This document shows, one piece after another, positions 36,773-49,539 of a stretch of 64,000 nt of DNA. The DNA is from Tubulanus polymorphus (Eukaryota; Animalia; Nemertea). The stretch spans positions 8,951,950 through 9,015,949 of the forward strand of contig NC_134026.1 of the NCBI RefSeq assembly GCF_964204645.1, given 5' to 3'. The position numbers were made by a program, and so were the translations under genes. A model generated the notes under the pieces. That model was not told the DNA's origin. It searched no databases and saw only the letters and a program-made list of their open reading frames with translations. Position 1 is the first letter of the stretch. Each line of letters opens with the position of its first letter.

Positions 36773-37700
36773 AGAATGTACATTTCGGGTGCGCCTAAGA
36801 AAATAACTGAAAGAGCCAAAGTACTGAAATCATACGTGAACACTATCATCAGGAAGAGCCACGAAAAGATCCACGATGCAAACTAGACCCTCCAGACTAT
36901 ACTGAAACCATGCAGAACCTTGGTAGGATAACAATATCATGTGGAAATTTTTGGAAGGACTCAATTCTATTATAGGGTTTGTCAACAATTGGACGTTGAC
37001 AGACACCAGCGCTGCAGGCACCTTTTCTGTGTATAAGAAAAAGGTGGACACAGTCACACCAGCCAACACCAACACACCAACAAACTTGAGGAAGAAGTGT
37101 GGGACACGATATCTGATGGAATTACCATGGAGACTTTCTCCATGCTCACCTTCGAGGAAGGAGTTGAGAGGCTGAAGAAGAAAGCAGCTGGTGGACTTCT
37201 TGATAAGAATTGGACAGAGGATCCTGAACATGAGTAAAGTTGAAGAGGAAATAGACAAGATTGTTTCTGGAAGACCTAGTAGAGGATGGGTTAACACCAT
37301 GGGGAAAAGAGAGAAGAAGAAGACTCCATGAAAAGGGAGTAGGCTGATTTCCTTCTATGACATAACCATACAAATTTTAGAACAGATGGTCTTCGGACCC
37401 CTCATGGACCATATAACCAGGAGAGAGAACAACCTTGTAGGAGTGGGACATATGAACCCAATGGATTATTTCCAACTCATGAGTGAGGAAGAACTTGAGT
37501 CAGGTAAACAAATCAACAGGGATATCGTATTCATAGCAGATGACACAGCTGGCTTTGATACCAGAATCAGAAGGAAAGACTTGGAAGAAGAATGTAGATT
37601 CATCACATCACGCCTCAATGGTAAAGCTAAGGATGTAGCCACAGGTCTATACCGCATGTATTCAAACCACATAACTCTACTCAAACGTCATAGAGCTGGT
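36773..37700 (+). pseudogene. NS5: Endogenous flavi-like virus NS5 fragment (end of methyltransferase through RdRp motif A)
   Basis: RMYISGA (cf. EMYWVSGA), LTDTSAAGTFSVYKKKVDT (cf. MTDTTPFGQQRVFKEKVDT), AAGG, NTMGKREKK...SRLI (37299), IADDTAGFDTRI (37536; cf. ADDTAGWDTRI); stops/frameshifts; truncated before GDD. Confidence 0.93.
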
Positions 37701-38044
37701 ATACGCGGAGGGTGACTTCGTTTGGCTTCACAATTCTAAAAACATTAAGGGCCTGACTAAGAAACTACTTCATCCTTATCATGGGCCCTATATTATTAGT
37801 AAAAAGGTTTCACCCGTAAACTATATTCTAAAGACCCATGCTGGTAGAGTATTAAGGGCTCCAGTTCATACTAATCGTTTAAAGATGTATACCCACACTG
37901 GAGATCGTACAATTGGGTTGCCCATAATTGATAACGACGATAAAGACGATAATGATGATGATTTTTCAGACCCGGACTATGATATTTTCCCTGTGGAATG
38001 TATTCTAAAGAAACGCACGCGTAAAGGAGTTCGTCAATACCTTG
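37700..38044 (+). mobile_element. Gypsy integrase C-terminus (GPY/F module) and N-half of a chromodomain
   Basis: GDFVWLHN...KKLLHPYHGPYIISKKVSPVNY...VHTNRLKMY, acidic linker, FPVECILKKRTRKGVRQYLV; chromodomain resumes at ~40123 (VKWAGDFPHSWEPANNIL). Confidence 0.85.
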
Positions 38045-38398
38045 TGATAGTTGACTTGGGTTAATTAGATATACATATATAGCATATCGAAATTCGTAGA
38101 CAATACTGTTCCGTATGACGAGTGCTCAGGACACATGATCTGATAGGTCAAAGTCCTGTGTACTGGTTGTATGGTCAGTCCTGGCTATTGTTTTAGATTT
38201 TTCGATGACGTGGTCGTCTGGTTCTGCTGGGTATAAAACCCAGATGCACACACGACTCTCGCTCTCTCTTTTGTCTAGCTCTCTTTTGCTCAGACCTTGG
38301 CAGCCATCGGTTCAGACGTTGTTTAGATCCCATGAGATCGCCTAGTTTGTTAGATTTATTTTGGAGAAGTTCCATCCGTATATAGAGGCGATCGATCA
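38045..38398 (+). mobile_element. Gypsy LTR (354 bp) followed by tRNA-Ala-like PBS
   Basis: TGAT...ATCA ends, internal TATAAAA, PBS TGGTGGAGAA at 38400; same start TGATAGTTGACT follows a purine tract at 44252. Confidence 0.82.
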
Positions 38399-38549
38399 AT
38401 GGTGGAGAACCCGCGCATCCAACAACGTAACCGATAAGAACAGAACGAGTAGGAAGCAACACCAACATCGACTGAAACGTACAGCTTAGAAAACGGGATC
38501 AACGGACGAAATTTTTTTTTGAAACGAGAAATCTGAGTAAGTCATCAAA

Positions 38550-40100
38550 GTGAATGTGCCGGTATTTAATTTAGAAAGTGATAATAGGGCTACATCTACA
38601 GAATTTTTGTGCCAAATTAGCCAATTAAAGGCACAGGTTGCTACTCTGGAAGCGGGAACAACGGTCGCTTCAGACGGGCTAGCTTTATCTCCCTTACTTA
38701 ATAAACTACCTATCAAAAAGGCATCATTAACTGTGGCGCATTCAGCAAATGGAAGCCCTATATCTTTAGGAACGGTAGATATACCTATTCAAATAGGTTC
38801 TGAGCATTTTTCTCAAACAGTATTTTTGCACATCCTATACAACAAACCTTGATATTAGGATTAGATTTCATGAATGAGAAAAGGGTTGTATTAGATTTCA
38901 GTTCAGGAAGCATGTCTATAGATAATGGTCACCCGATAAGATTACAAAATCAAGTTGGCTTAGGTCATCAAGCTAAAGTGAGAGCAGTTAATGAAATAAT
39001 AGTACCACCAAAATCTCAGTACGAAATAAGAGGTAAATCAAATTATCTTTCGGATAATAATCAGGTTCTTTTGGAACTAGATCGCAACCTTGGATCGCGG
39101 TATAGTATTTACAGTGATGATTCAATAGTAGAAGTACGCAATAAGTCAGTACCGTTAACGCTATATAACTTTACAAATGCCCCGATAAAATTGCATAAAG
39201 GCACCTCGTTAGGTTTTGTAACGTTGAATTATATGATAGTTTCCGAAGCTAATCAGTCTAAAGTCCACAGGGGTGAACAATCAATGAACCCTGGAACTAG
39301 ACAAGCTAGAGTCTCTGTGGGTGAAAAGTGTTTAGAAAATGACACTCAAAATGTCACTTTTAAAGACATCAATATTACTAATACAGGTCTCAGTCCAGAA
39401 GGTAAAATTAAATTATACGATTTATTGATAGAATTCAAAGATATTTTTGCGGATGAAACGAAGGAATTATCAAGGGCCAAAGTACCCTTGGAGGATAGAA
39501 TACACACTGGTTCATTTCCCCCAGTTAGATTGAAACCATATAGACCCGCCGAATTAGCCGATCAGGGAATCATTCGGGAATCAACTTCCGAATGGGCGTC
39601 TCCTTGTATACTTGTACGAAAAGCTTCAGTGAACCCCGATAAGACGTCAGCCTACCGATTGGTTCATGATTACCGTCAGCTAAATAAGGTAACCAAAATT
39701 GACACATTCCCTGGACCTACATTGAATGAAATATTCACTAATATCGGTAAAGGGAAAGGCAAAATATTTACAACTCTAGATTTACATTCGGGATATTTTC
39801 AGATTCCTATGCATTCCGATTCTATAGACAAAACAGCTTTTGTTTGCAACAGCGGAAAGTGGGAATATCTAATGATGCCGCAAGGGTTAGGATTGCCCGC
39901 TACGTTTTAAGGGGCCTCCTTCACGACATTTGTGAAGTATATTTTTAGATGATATAATCATATACTCTGAGAGTGAGGAATCTCTTAGAGTGAGCTCATC
40001 TTAGATTAGTGTTTGAAAGGCTACGTGAAGCGAATTTGAAATTGAAACCAGTTAAATGTCATGTCTTTTCTGATAACGTTAAGTATTTAGGTTACTTAGT
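38550..40100 (+). mobile_element. Gypsy gag start, protease C-half and reverse transcriptase (internally deleted)
   Basis: ILGLDF, ESTSEWASPCILVRK, YRLVHDYRQLN, TLDLHSGYFQI, KTAF, MPQGL, FLDDII, LKLKPVKC. Confidence 0.92.
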
Positions 40101-42986
40101 GACGGAATTTCTGATTGCTACCGTTAAATGGGCCGGTGACTTCCCGCACTCCTGGGAACCAGCCAACAATATCCTAGATTGACGGCTCATCTATGATTTT
40201 GAGACGAACCACCACTAAATAAATAATTGGATCGATCTTTTTCTCTTACAGGTTTCTCTTTTTTGTCATTCCAGAAGATGGATACAGTCACTTTAGTTTT
40301 TCGATTTGGTTAATCCACTTTTATTTTTCAACGAATTCTCTGAACAGGTACAATCAAATACGCACCTGATCCTCCTGGTTTTAATTGGGTTCATCCTTAT
40401 CCGATGTGCTATATCCACATGAAGTAGTATGAGATCCTTGCTACGGAATCAACGCAGGGGGTGTTCATTAGTTTTTAATTTATCATCCCTGGACGACAGC
40501 ATTAATATAGTGATACGTTAGTTGCCAGATTGCCCTCTTTCCTACTTTATCAGTGAGGTCCCAAAGAGAATTTTAATCATGGTCATGTCGAATTAGTTAC
40601 CTTATCTAATTACCGAATGGCATGAACACCACTTGGTGACCGCCGGATCGAATACACTTCGTGTGATAAAACTGAATAGGTCCACGAGAATTTCATGGAT
40701 CCAATATTTTAGAGTCTCGAAAGTTATTAACGCAAATTTTGACACCTACCTATACCTGGTGTGCCCAGATGGTAAGATAATACCGGTACCCATAGCACGT
40801 GCTGTTTAAAAATCGATGATACTAGATCTACTTAAATGCTCTATTTTAGAGTCTCAATAAGTTTCTATTCATAAATGGATGAATGATTTCAGCGACGACC
40901 CATGTCTACTATGCTACCTCCAGGTTCTGTTGCGGAATCACATCGGCATTCCCGCCAAAATAAGTAGTTGTCATAAATCCACTACTACACCAATATACTC
41001 ACACCCTGTTAATCTCCCAGTGATATTATCATTCTTTAAACATATATCCTCACCTAGAAGAGGAAACTTTTGGATCCTGCTACACACTCAACGACAATAC
41101 ACCAGGTTGTCCTCCCTGAAATTAAACTCATCAGGGATAAATGGGAGAAAATAGCGCACGCAGACTGAGGATTCCAGACAGATTTTAAGAAGATTGCTGC
41201 AAGAGGGCACAAGAAAGTAGAACTCTTCGCCTCCCAGGCGGGTGCACTGGCTGCCCCACAGCTCAGCTCAAACTCTGATTTCTTTATCCCTGGTGTCTCT
41301 CAATCGCAATTTCTTAGCTATCTGTCTAAGTATTTTTTCAACCATTTGTGTCGGTTTCTTGCTTTGGACAAGGAGAGCAGGTGCCGCACTTTTACCCCCG
41401 TGGCATCAAGCATAACTTTTCCCAGCTGAATATCAAAGACTATGGCGTGAATGTGATATATTTTTATTGATGTACAAGAAACCATTTATCCTGACAGAGG
41501 AGAGAATTTCTGTTCTCCGGAATATCTATCTGAGCGGGTGCACTTTGAAGCTGAATGTCAAGTCCGTGGGGTTCTACATTCCCAGCATGTTCACCCTCAT
41601 CAAGCTCTTGTGCAATTTGGGGATCTTTTCTAGCATCATGGACCAGGACCTGGTGGCCTTCATCAAGTGCTTTCCGCTGAACATGTCCCAGCGAAAATTT
41701 ACATGTTTTAGTTCCCAAGAGAAGATGGAGTGAAAACGAGGCTCGCAAATTCTACACAAAACTGCACAAATATGTAAAGGAACAACAGATGCCTCTAACA
41801 AGTATCTTTAAGGATATGGTGAATGATCTGCCCAAAAGAGGAAGAAACACAGAATTCAATCTTGAGAAAAAGGAACAGCATTCCACGATGTCCTCCAAAA
41901 TATAAATCTGAAACTCGTGTCATCAAGTACTATGGGTTGATTGTCATGATCGAGCAACTGAACAACTACATTATCCTGGATTCACGATTTGATATTCGAA
42001 TCCAGGACATTAATATCAAATGTGAAACATTCTCTACACGAGAACTGACAAAGCAGTATACATAAGTGTCAAATTCCCAATATCGGAAACCAGTACCATT
42101 TTTTATGTTTATATTAACATATTTTTCTCTCGCAATATAATTCGGAGTTTTCGGTTTGTGAGGTAAATGTAAGTTCCATTTTTTGTTGTTATTATGAAGT
42201 TGGGGGAAAGGGGCTACTTAGTATGAAACCTCGAAATATTTTGAATTGCATTTATTTATATTTTGCAACATATATATTGATTAAAGTTCGAGCTGTGATT
42301 ATTGATATTACTTCTTCAGGCGGGACACCTGAGAGTTTGCTATTCCAAAGATGAAGTGGCGCTCATCAGAAGAGCATTCGAAGGTTTCGCCGGGGTATTG
42401 ACGATATCCGAAAAATCGCCAGGCGAAACCCTGAGATAAATGCTCTGGTCAAGAAATACCACGATGGCCTAGAGAAACCCATTGTTCTGATATCAGAACA
42501 GCATTGAAGACTGAGGGACTGCTGGCTTGTGCATGGCTGATCAGTCGATGGTGGAGACTGTGGGGCTGCTGCCTTGTGCAAGGGCTGACCAGTCGACGGT
42601 GGAGGCTGAGGGGCTGCTGGCTTGTGCGACGGCTGACCAGTCAACGGTGGAGACTGAGGAGCTGCTGGCTTGTGCGAGGGCTGACTAGTCAACAGTTGAG
42701 ACTGAGGGGCTGCCGCCATGTGCAAGAGCTGACCAGTCGGCAGTGGATCTGATAAATCAAAGTTCTGTGACTGGCCAGGCAGTGTAAGATTATTTTTTGG
42801 AGAAGTTCATTAATAGAGGTGATCGATCAATGGCGGAGAACCCGGGCAACTTTGACAACTATAAGGAGGAAAAGTAAGTGCAAAAGCTAACGACAACAAC
42901 AACAAACTCGGGAGAATTCAAGCGGGAACGAAAGACTCGAATATTACTTTTGGACGTGAAGAAAAAATTTGAAGTAAGTCGATAAA

Positions 42987-43820
42987 ATGAATGTGCCGGT
43001 CTTCAGTTTAGAAAGCAGCAATTCTCAAGCTACATCATCAGACTTAGTGAGTAAAATCAATCAGTTACAAACTCATATTGCCAATCTGGAAGCGGGGACA
43101 ATGGTCACCCCAGACGGGCTAGCTTTTGAGCCTGATATTCACTTTTCAGGGGATGCAGATGAGGATATTGCAGAGTTTGTGAGGGATTTCCAAATAAGAG
43201 TTGAGTTTGGGGGGTGGAAAAAGAGTAAAGCGCTGGACACTTTACCTATTTACTTGAAAGGGCGTGCCCGAGAGCACTACTATCATTTACGGTCAAACCC
43301 TCCGCTTGATACGGAAAATAAGATAAAAGAAAGATCTTTAGAAGAAATCTTAGAATTATTCAAAGAAAAATTTAAAAATAAAGATATGCAATTTGTAACA
43401 CAGCAACAGTTCTACATGCTAAAAATGAACGAAGGCGAGTCACTTGACTCGTACATTCAAAGATTATTATACTTGGAAGGTTAACTTGAAAAGTCAGTTG
43501 AGGACCTGTTACAACTATTTCTGCATGGTTTATTGCCCTCAACAAAGGCATTTGTGATTGGGAAATGCCCAATAAATTTTGATAAGGCGATCGCTAATGC
43601 CAGGTTGTCACAAGAACTAGAAAAAATATCGCCCGCACAGGAATCAATCAGATCATTGAATATACATTATTCCCGTCAGATAGCCTTAGAAGGTCTAAAT
43701 GAGAAATTGACTGAATTATTGCAATTACAAAAGGGTAAAACAAGACAAAACAAATCTCGACCGATTAGATCATCGGATGGTGGACCATATTGCGAGTATT
43801 GTCAAACGGTAGGGCAAACT
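42987..43820 (+). mobile_element. Gypsy gag (frameshifted)
   Basis: After LTR end and PBS at ~42830; FSGDADEDIAEFVRDF, LKGRAREHY, GESLDSY, FLHGL, degenerate knuckle CEYCQTVG. Confidence 0.85.
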
Positions 43821-44229
43821 AGGCATGTTCGTTATTGTGTGCGAGTGATACCGATTCGTGCTACGAAACTTTCTTCCTATCTATATAACTTAATTGAATT
43901 AATTGTTAATGTGCGTTCAATATAGTGATGACCTTTTGTAGTGCGTGTTGTACGCTGAAATGCTGCAGAAGTGTAAATAAAATAGTAAAAAAATAATTGC
44001 ATATATAATAATGCATTCATGAAATGAATAAATAAATTGCCATGTATTATAATAAGTGAATGATGATATAAATTATGATAATATAAACTACTGATGATTA
44101 TTATGTTGAATCAAATTCCTTAGAATGCTGTCGTATCTCTATTGTATAGCTTGTATATGGTTGTATCTTATATTTTATCTGGTAGAATAAAGTATTGGTC
44201 TGGGTGGTTGCCATTTGTTTTTCGGGGCG

Positions 44230-44570
44230 AAAAAAATTGAGCCTGGGGAGATGATAGTTGACTAGGGTTAATTAAATAATGATATAAATATCAATAACGT
44301 CTGGGAAAACAAATAAAATGAAGGATTTAATGGGAAGAGTAAAGAGAACTGTACATTAGTAAACATGGCCTTCGTAGTAGATCCACATGGTCATTGTTTC
44401 ACTCACGTGGCCTTCCTGATCATCAGGTTGAGCCAGATGGTCATTGTCCAATTGACGTGGCCATCTGAGAATATAAATACTCTTGTCGTGGTCTCCGCCT
44501 GGCTATCTCTTGTTTTAGCTCTCACAACAGCTCGGTTGGCTCGTTAATAAACTCAACTAACTAACAACTA
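44230..44570 (+). mobile_element. Polypurine tract and truncated 3' LTR
   Basis: GGGGAGA directly before TGATAGTTGACT (44252); later TATA-like ATAAATA and AATAAA. Confidence 0.65.
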
Positions 44571-45299
44571 ATTTTCTTGTCAATTCTCTGAGCTAGGAAT
44601 TTCACAACGGAACCCTGTATCACATTTCTTCTTCAGGTTCGACACCAGAGAGTTTGTTATTCCAGAGATGAAGTGGCACTCATCAGAAGAGCATTCGAAG
44701 GTTTCCGCCGCAGTATTGAGGATATCCGAAAAATCGTCGGGGGAAACCCTGAGATAAAGGCACTGGTCAAGAAATACCACAATGGCCTAGAGAAACCTAT
44801 TGTTCTAATATCGGAACAACATAGAAGTAGGGGGAAGGCCGTTGGGCCTAAGCGCTAACAACCAGATCATAAGTTGACAATACATCAATTTTGTAAATAA
44901 TTTTTCTCTTTGTGGTTGCGATGAAATGCTTTCTTTTATTTTCATTGACATCCTTGACAGTGGAAGAGTTTGCTACTCAAAGAGATGAGGCGGTGCTCAT
45001 TAGAAAAGAGTTCAAAGGTTTCCGACGGAGTATTGACGATATTCGAAAAAAATCGGCAGGCGAAACTATCAAATTATATTTAAGCAAAATTTAGAGTTTG
45101 TTTCATTCATTTGACGAGTACTTGGATAGCACCGGAGTGGATGTATGGCCATTAGGGCTGGGGTTTTTCAGTGGGAATATGTTTGGACATGTGATGATAT
45201 CAGTGAAATGTGCCCTTCATGTATGTTGTAGGATATTACAGATGAAAATTCCAATATTGTTGAGCTGGTGGTAGTAGGTGTAGATACGCAAGAGGACGT

Positions 45300-45437
45300 A
45301 TTCATGCACACTTCACAAATAACTTTCACTAGTCCGTTCGGTGATGATGATAGAATCGCATTGCGCATATTTTTCTTTCCATTAAATAAAAGTCTTAAAT
45401 GCGGCGCGTATTCCTTCAGATGTGAATGATGCTTCAT
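45300..45437 (-). pseudogene. Small conserved Maverick/Polinton ORF fragment
   Basis: HLRLLFNGKKNMRNAILSSSPNGLVKVICEVCMN; directly downstream of the ATPase. Confidence 0.55.
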
Positions 45438-45509
45438 TTCAACAATTGATAACGATTAAATTAGAAATTGTACTATCTAATACTTTTTATCTTATAATAA
45501 ATATGATAT

Positions 45510-45960
45510 CTATCGCTGGGAAATATTCGTGTACGTAATCGACATTTTGTCCAAAGTTTGTGGTTTGAAATCGCAGAATAGATACCCACGTGGAGAAATT
45601 GAGGTGGCATCCCTAAAAGCTTCCTCGAGCGATTTGCCTAACCCGGGACTGCATCGCTTAAGTTTCACATGAAGTCTATACCTAGGATGCTTGAATAGAA
45701 CTATATAATGTATGTTTAATGATATAGTTCGGAAATGAGGTCCTCTTGGGAAAAGGGTTTGTGATATGAGAATCACTTGAAGTTTCCTGTGATGAATGCC
45801 ACGCATAAAAATAGTCTCCAATAATTTAGGGTCACACTCATTCAAGATATTGTCTAGAATAAGTAGTTTTGTTGTCTCGGAACACGCCAAACTTTCGTTA
45901 ACTAAGTTACTAACTATTACACCATCGATACGTTGATAATGCCAATCGTTTTTAAAGATT
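45510..45960 (-). pseudogene. Maverick/Polinton A32-like packaging ATPase, C-terminal part
   Basis: Degenerate Walker B LLILDN, FMRGIHHR...ILISQ.LF, RTISLNIHYIVLFKHPR, AFRDAT..PRGYLFCD. Confidence 0.85.
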
Positions 45961-48329
45961 TCTGCTATTATTCTCATTATCATCATCGTTAATATATCAT
46001 TCTATTACCTCTCACTCGGAAGTGTGGAAGGAATCCCAACGAGGGAAAGATTCCCGTGCGATCAATGCGGGGCAATATTTGCTCACAAAAGCTCATGATC
46101 CCGCCATGACAAGAGGGTACATGGGCATTTTAAACCCACATGCGCCAGATGTGGAGGGATCTTTTCGACGACGGCGTATAGAGACCGTCACTACGCCCAT
46201 TGTTCGAAAAGAACCCCTCCTGCGCTGGTGAGCCATTGACGGCGACATTAGAATATGTCGGAGATGTTCTCGAAATTCCGGACATCGATGAATTGCTTCA
46301 ACCACTGTTCCCAGACTTGCCGAGGACGTTCGGGGCTGGAGGGGGGCTTTGTAGCGGAACAGCGGGTTTCCTTTCTGTTACAGAGTCCAACTCCAGTCCC
46401 GACCTCTTTTAGAGCTTGTCGACCCTTTTACCTGTATTTTATATGTCCTTTTATATTGCTTGATATCGTGTCTATTTCAACTATTTTTGCATTCGCGAAT
46501 TCATTTATTCATTTCTTTTGCCAGCTTCCCCCGTGAGGTGTCGCTCGCGAGGGGAATCCTCGATACACACTGTTGGTAAATGTTGGCTCCGAGCCGGCTG
46601 CGGTGCTCGTTGCCGGGCCGGTCGATGCGCCCGTCTCCTGGTGAATATTTTCAACGTGCCTCATTGTTGAGTCGGAGGGGAGACACGACTGATTCACAAC
46701 TCCGTGAGGGTAAGACGCTTGGAGAATTCTCTCTAATTTCCTACCGGAATCCTAGCGCGACCGGGGAAGGACCGGCGGTGTCGCGGACCTTCTCGAGTTG
46801 GAAGGCAAACCGTCGTGTTCTGAACCGGTCTTGTTTCGCTTGTCTCGTATATCGCGCCTATAATATGTCTAACTTAAGAGCGTCATATCGCTATTCGCCC
46901 TCGGTTCCATCCGAGGGCGCCGTTAACTTGTAAACTGTATGCACGAATTATTGACGTTGATCGTGGGGTCAAACACTAGTTCCCCGCGACCGTATTACCG
47001 CTATTCGCCCTCGGTTCCGTCCCAGGGCATTCTGTATAAATGTTTGAAGTCCCTCCTATCGATAGTGTTTCGCGCGTTGTAGATATTGTAGTACATGTAG
47101 AATTCTTTCAAGGAGTCTCCTCGATTCCTTTTCGTTATATGACTCGGATATTATTCGTATTAGAATTTAAGCTTTATTATTCTTAATTTTCGCTTTTTGT
47201 GATCTAGCAAGATCGGTCGTACTCTGAGGCTGCGGGACTGTGTGTCCTTGGACTGTGTCCTTTTAACTAGACTGTGTGTCTGATTTGACTTTTTATTTCT
47301 ACTGTGAAGTTACGTTGATTCTTTTAAGACATTGTACATAGCTTGTAAATATATCTTTTTCGTTACGATTAAATCCACCGTAGTGGACCTATGATCATAT
47401 ATACATTCACCTCTGAATTTCGTTCTTTGGGTTTTAGTCCACTTCCTGAGGCATTCTGACCACTCCCGTGATTTCAACTTTTTCCGCGTGAGGAGAGGCG
47501 CCCTCCTGCGAGGATTCGTTCGACGACTTAGCCACTTGTGTGAGGATGATAATCTCCCTGACGGAGGTGGTGATCCACCCCTTTTCGGACTCCCTCCTAG
47601 AGTCCGTTCGACATCAGCGAACTTATGTAGCCACGTCTAATTTTTGCCCCTCGTTGTTCACGCTACCACGAGGAACTCGGGGAATCACCTTACCGGAAGC
47701 GTGCAAACCCGCTTCCCTGAGGAGACTTTGTGTCGCGATACGATTCCCTCACCCTTTACGCTACAATGGAACCTCCCCATCTCCACCTCCACCGCCTGCA
47801 GTACCATTACCGCTGCCTCCAACGCCGCCAGCAGCAGTACCACCACTACTACCACCACCACCACCGCCGCCAGCAGTAGCAGTACCAGCAGATATGCAAG
47901 GGGACTGTGAGTGGGAGGAACTTCCTGATCTCAGCGAGGAAACCCGGGTGTATAAACAAAATCGATCTAGGTCACGTCACTCCTTATCGGTGAATTGAGG
48001 TGAGGTTGTGTAAACAAAGTAGGGCAAAATTGACCGGTATACCTTACTATACATGACTCAGTGGATATAATGGCGATATAGAGAGACAATTTGAAGCTGT
48101 GGTTGGCCCCAGGGGTACCTGAAGGACCCGGATGAAGGTAAAAGATTATTTTTTTAACATTTTTGGGGGCCCTAACGACTCCAGAATTGCTAGATCAACC
48201 AGCGGAATCATCCTATTTGAGTGTAGGGAAGGGTATTAGACCGTCTAGAAGTATGATAACCCGTTATTTTTTGAAAACAAATTTTTCGAAATAAATTTAG
48301 CACAGGTTCACGATCTGAAATTAAGAAAG

Positions 48330-49539
48330 TTCGCATCCAAAGAGTTTTAAGTAGATTGGGTGGGATAAAATGGTTTACCAGCATTCATGTTGTGCTGGAA
48401 AAAGACGTAGACGGTGTACCTCAGCACAGGACAGTCTTTTTTACAAGCCATACTCGAAGTGCCTTCAATGTAAATCAGTTTGATGAGCTCTTAGAACAGG
48501 CTAAGAATAAGATGGTTCAATTACTAGAACAACATAATACTGAGGGTACTGGTTGGAGGTTTGATCATGTAGTCGTTCTCGACCTTCATCTCGGCATGTA
48601 CCAACCATTGAGTGGGGGATCATATATACCCTCTCCTCGGGTGATCGTCGCTCGAGGTGGGGTAATAAACATTGTAAACTACGATGACAAATGCCTCCTT
48701 TGATCGGTTGTAGCCCAATTACACCATGTGGATACAAACCCCCAACAAGTAGTCAAGTATTAACGGTACAAGGACGAATTGAATATGAACAATATCAATT
48801 ATCCAATGACCGTAGAACAAATACCCATATTCGAACGGCTGAACAATATATCAATTAACGTATTTGCCTATGAAGATGGGAATATTTTTGTCGATGAAGA
48901 CAATACTCATTACTGTCTTATCAATAACTTGAGTAGATTTTTATCCCACCTGAATAAGAGAAAAGCTCAATGTTTTTGGTGTTTCAGATGTTTAAATTCC
49001 TTCATTACGCAGGTTAACCTGGACACACACTCGGTTCTGTATTCAAGGAATACAAAGGACAATCATGCCGTCGACAGATGAGAACATACACAAATTTGAA
49101 AATGTTGCAAAACAGCATCCGCTCCCCTATGTTATTTATGCTGATTTCGAAATGTTTTTGAAACCAATACAGGGGTGTAATTTGAATCGGGATCAATCTT
49201 GGACATATTGATATCAGGTTCATGAACCATGCGGATTTTGTTTTTAAAGTCGTTGGCCCTGACATCAGACATTCCCACCCGACAGTCCTATATAGAGGAG
49301 ACGATGTTATGAAGACGTTTCTATCATCTCTCCTCGAAAAAGCTGAGGAGATCTTGGAAGAATACAAACATCGCCAACCTTTGGTTATGAACGACGTCGG
49401 TGAAGCACACTTCAATTCTACTGATATTTGTCATATTTGTAAGAAAATTATAAATGAGAGGAAATGTCGGGATCATGATCATATAACCGGTAAATACAGA
49501 GACCCAGCTTGTAATTCGTGCAATCTAAGCTATCGGGTT
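48330..49539 (+). pseudogene. Protein-primed PolB N-terminal region, interrupted; continues at 56943-57085
   Basis: EGTGWRF...YQPLSGGSYIP, INIVNYDDKC, HYCLINNLSR, CFRCLNSF, VIYADFE, CHIC...RDHDHITGKYR..ACNSCNL; rejoined frame reads NLSYRV-PNFIPVLFHNLKSYDSH. Confidence 0.9.

Noticed and set aside
32131-37700. Contaminating viral RNA rather than endogenous DNA
   Set aside because: Stops, frameshifts, nested element and direct joins to TE sequence indicate neutral decay in the genome; read-level confirmation still advised.
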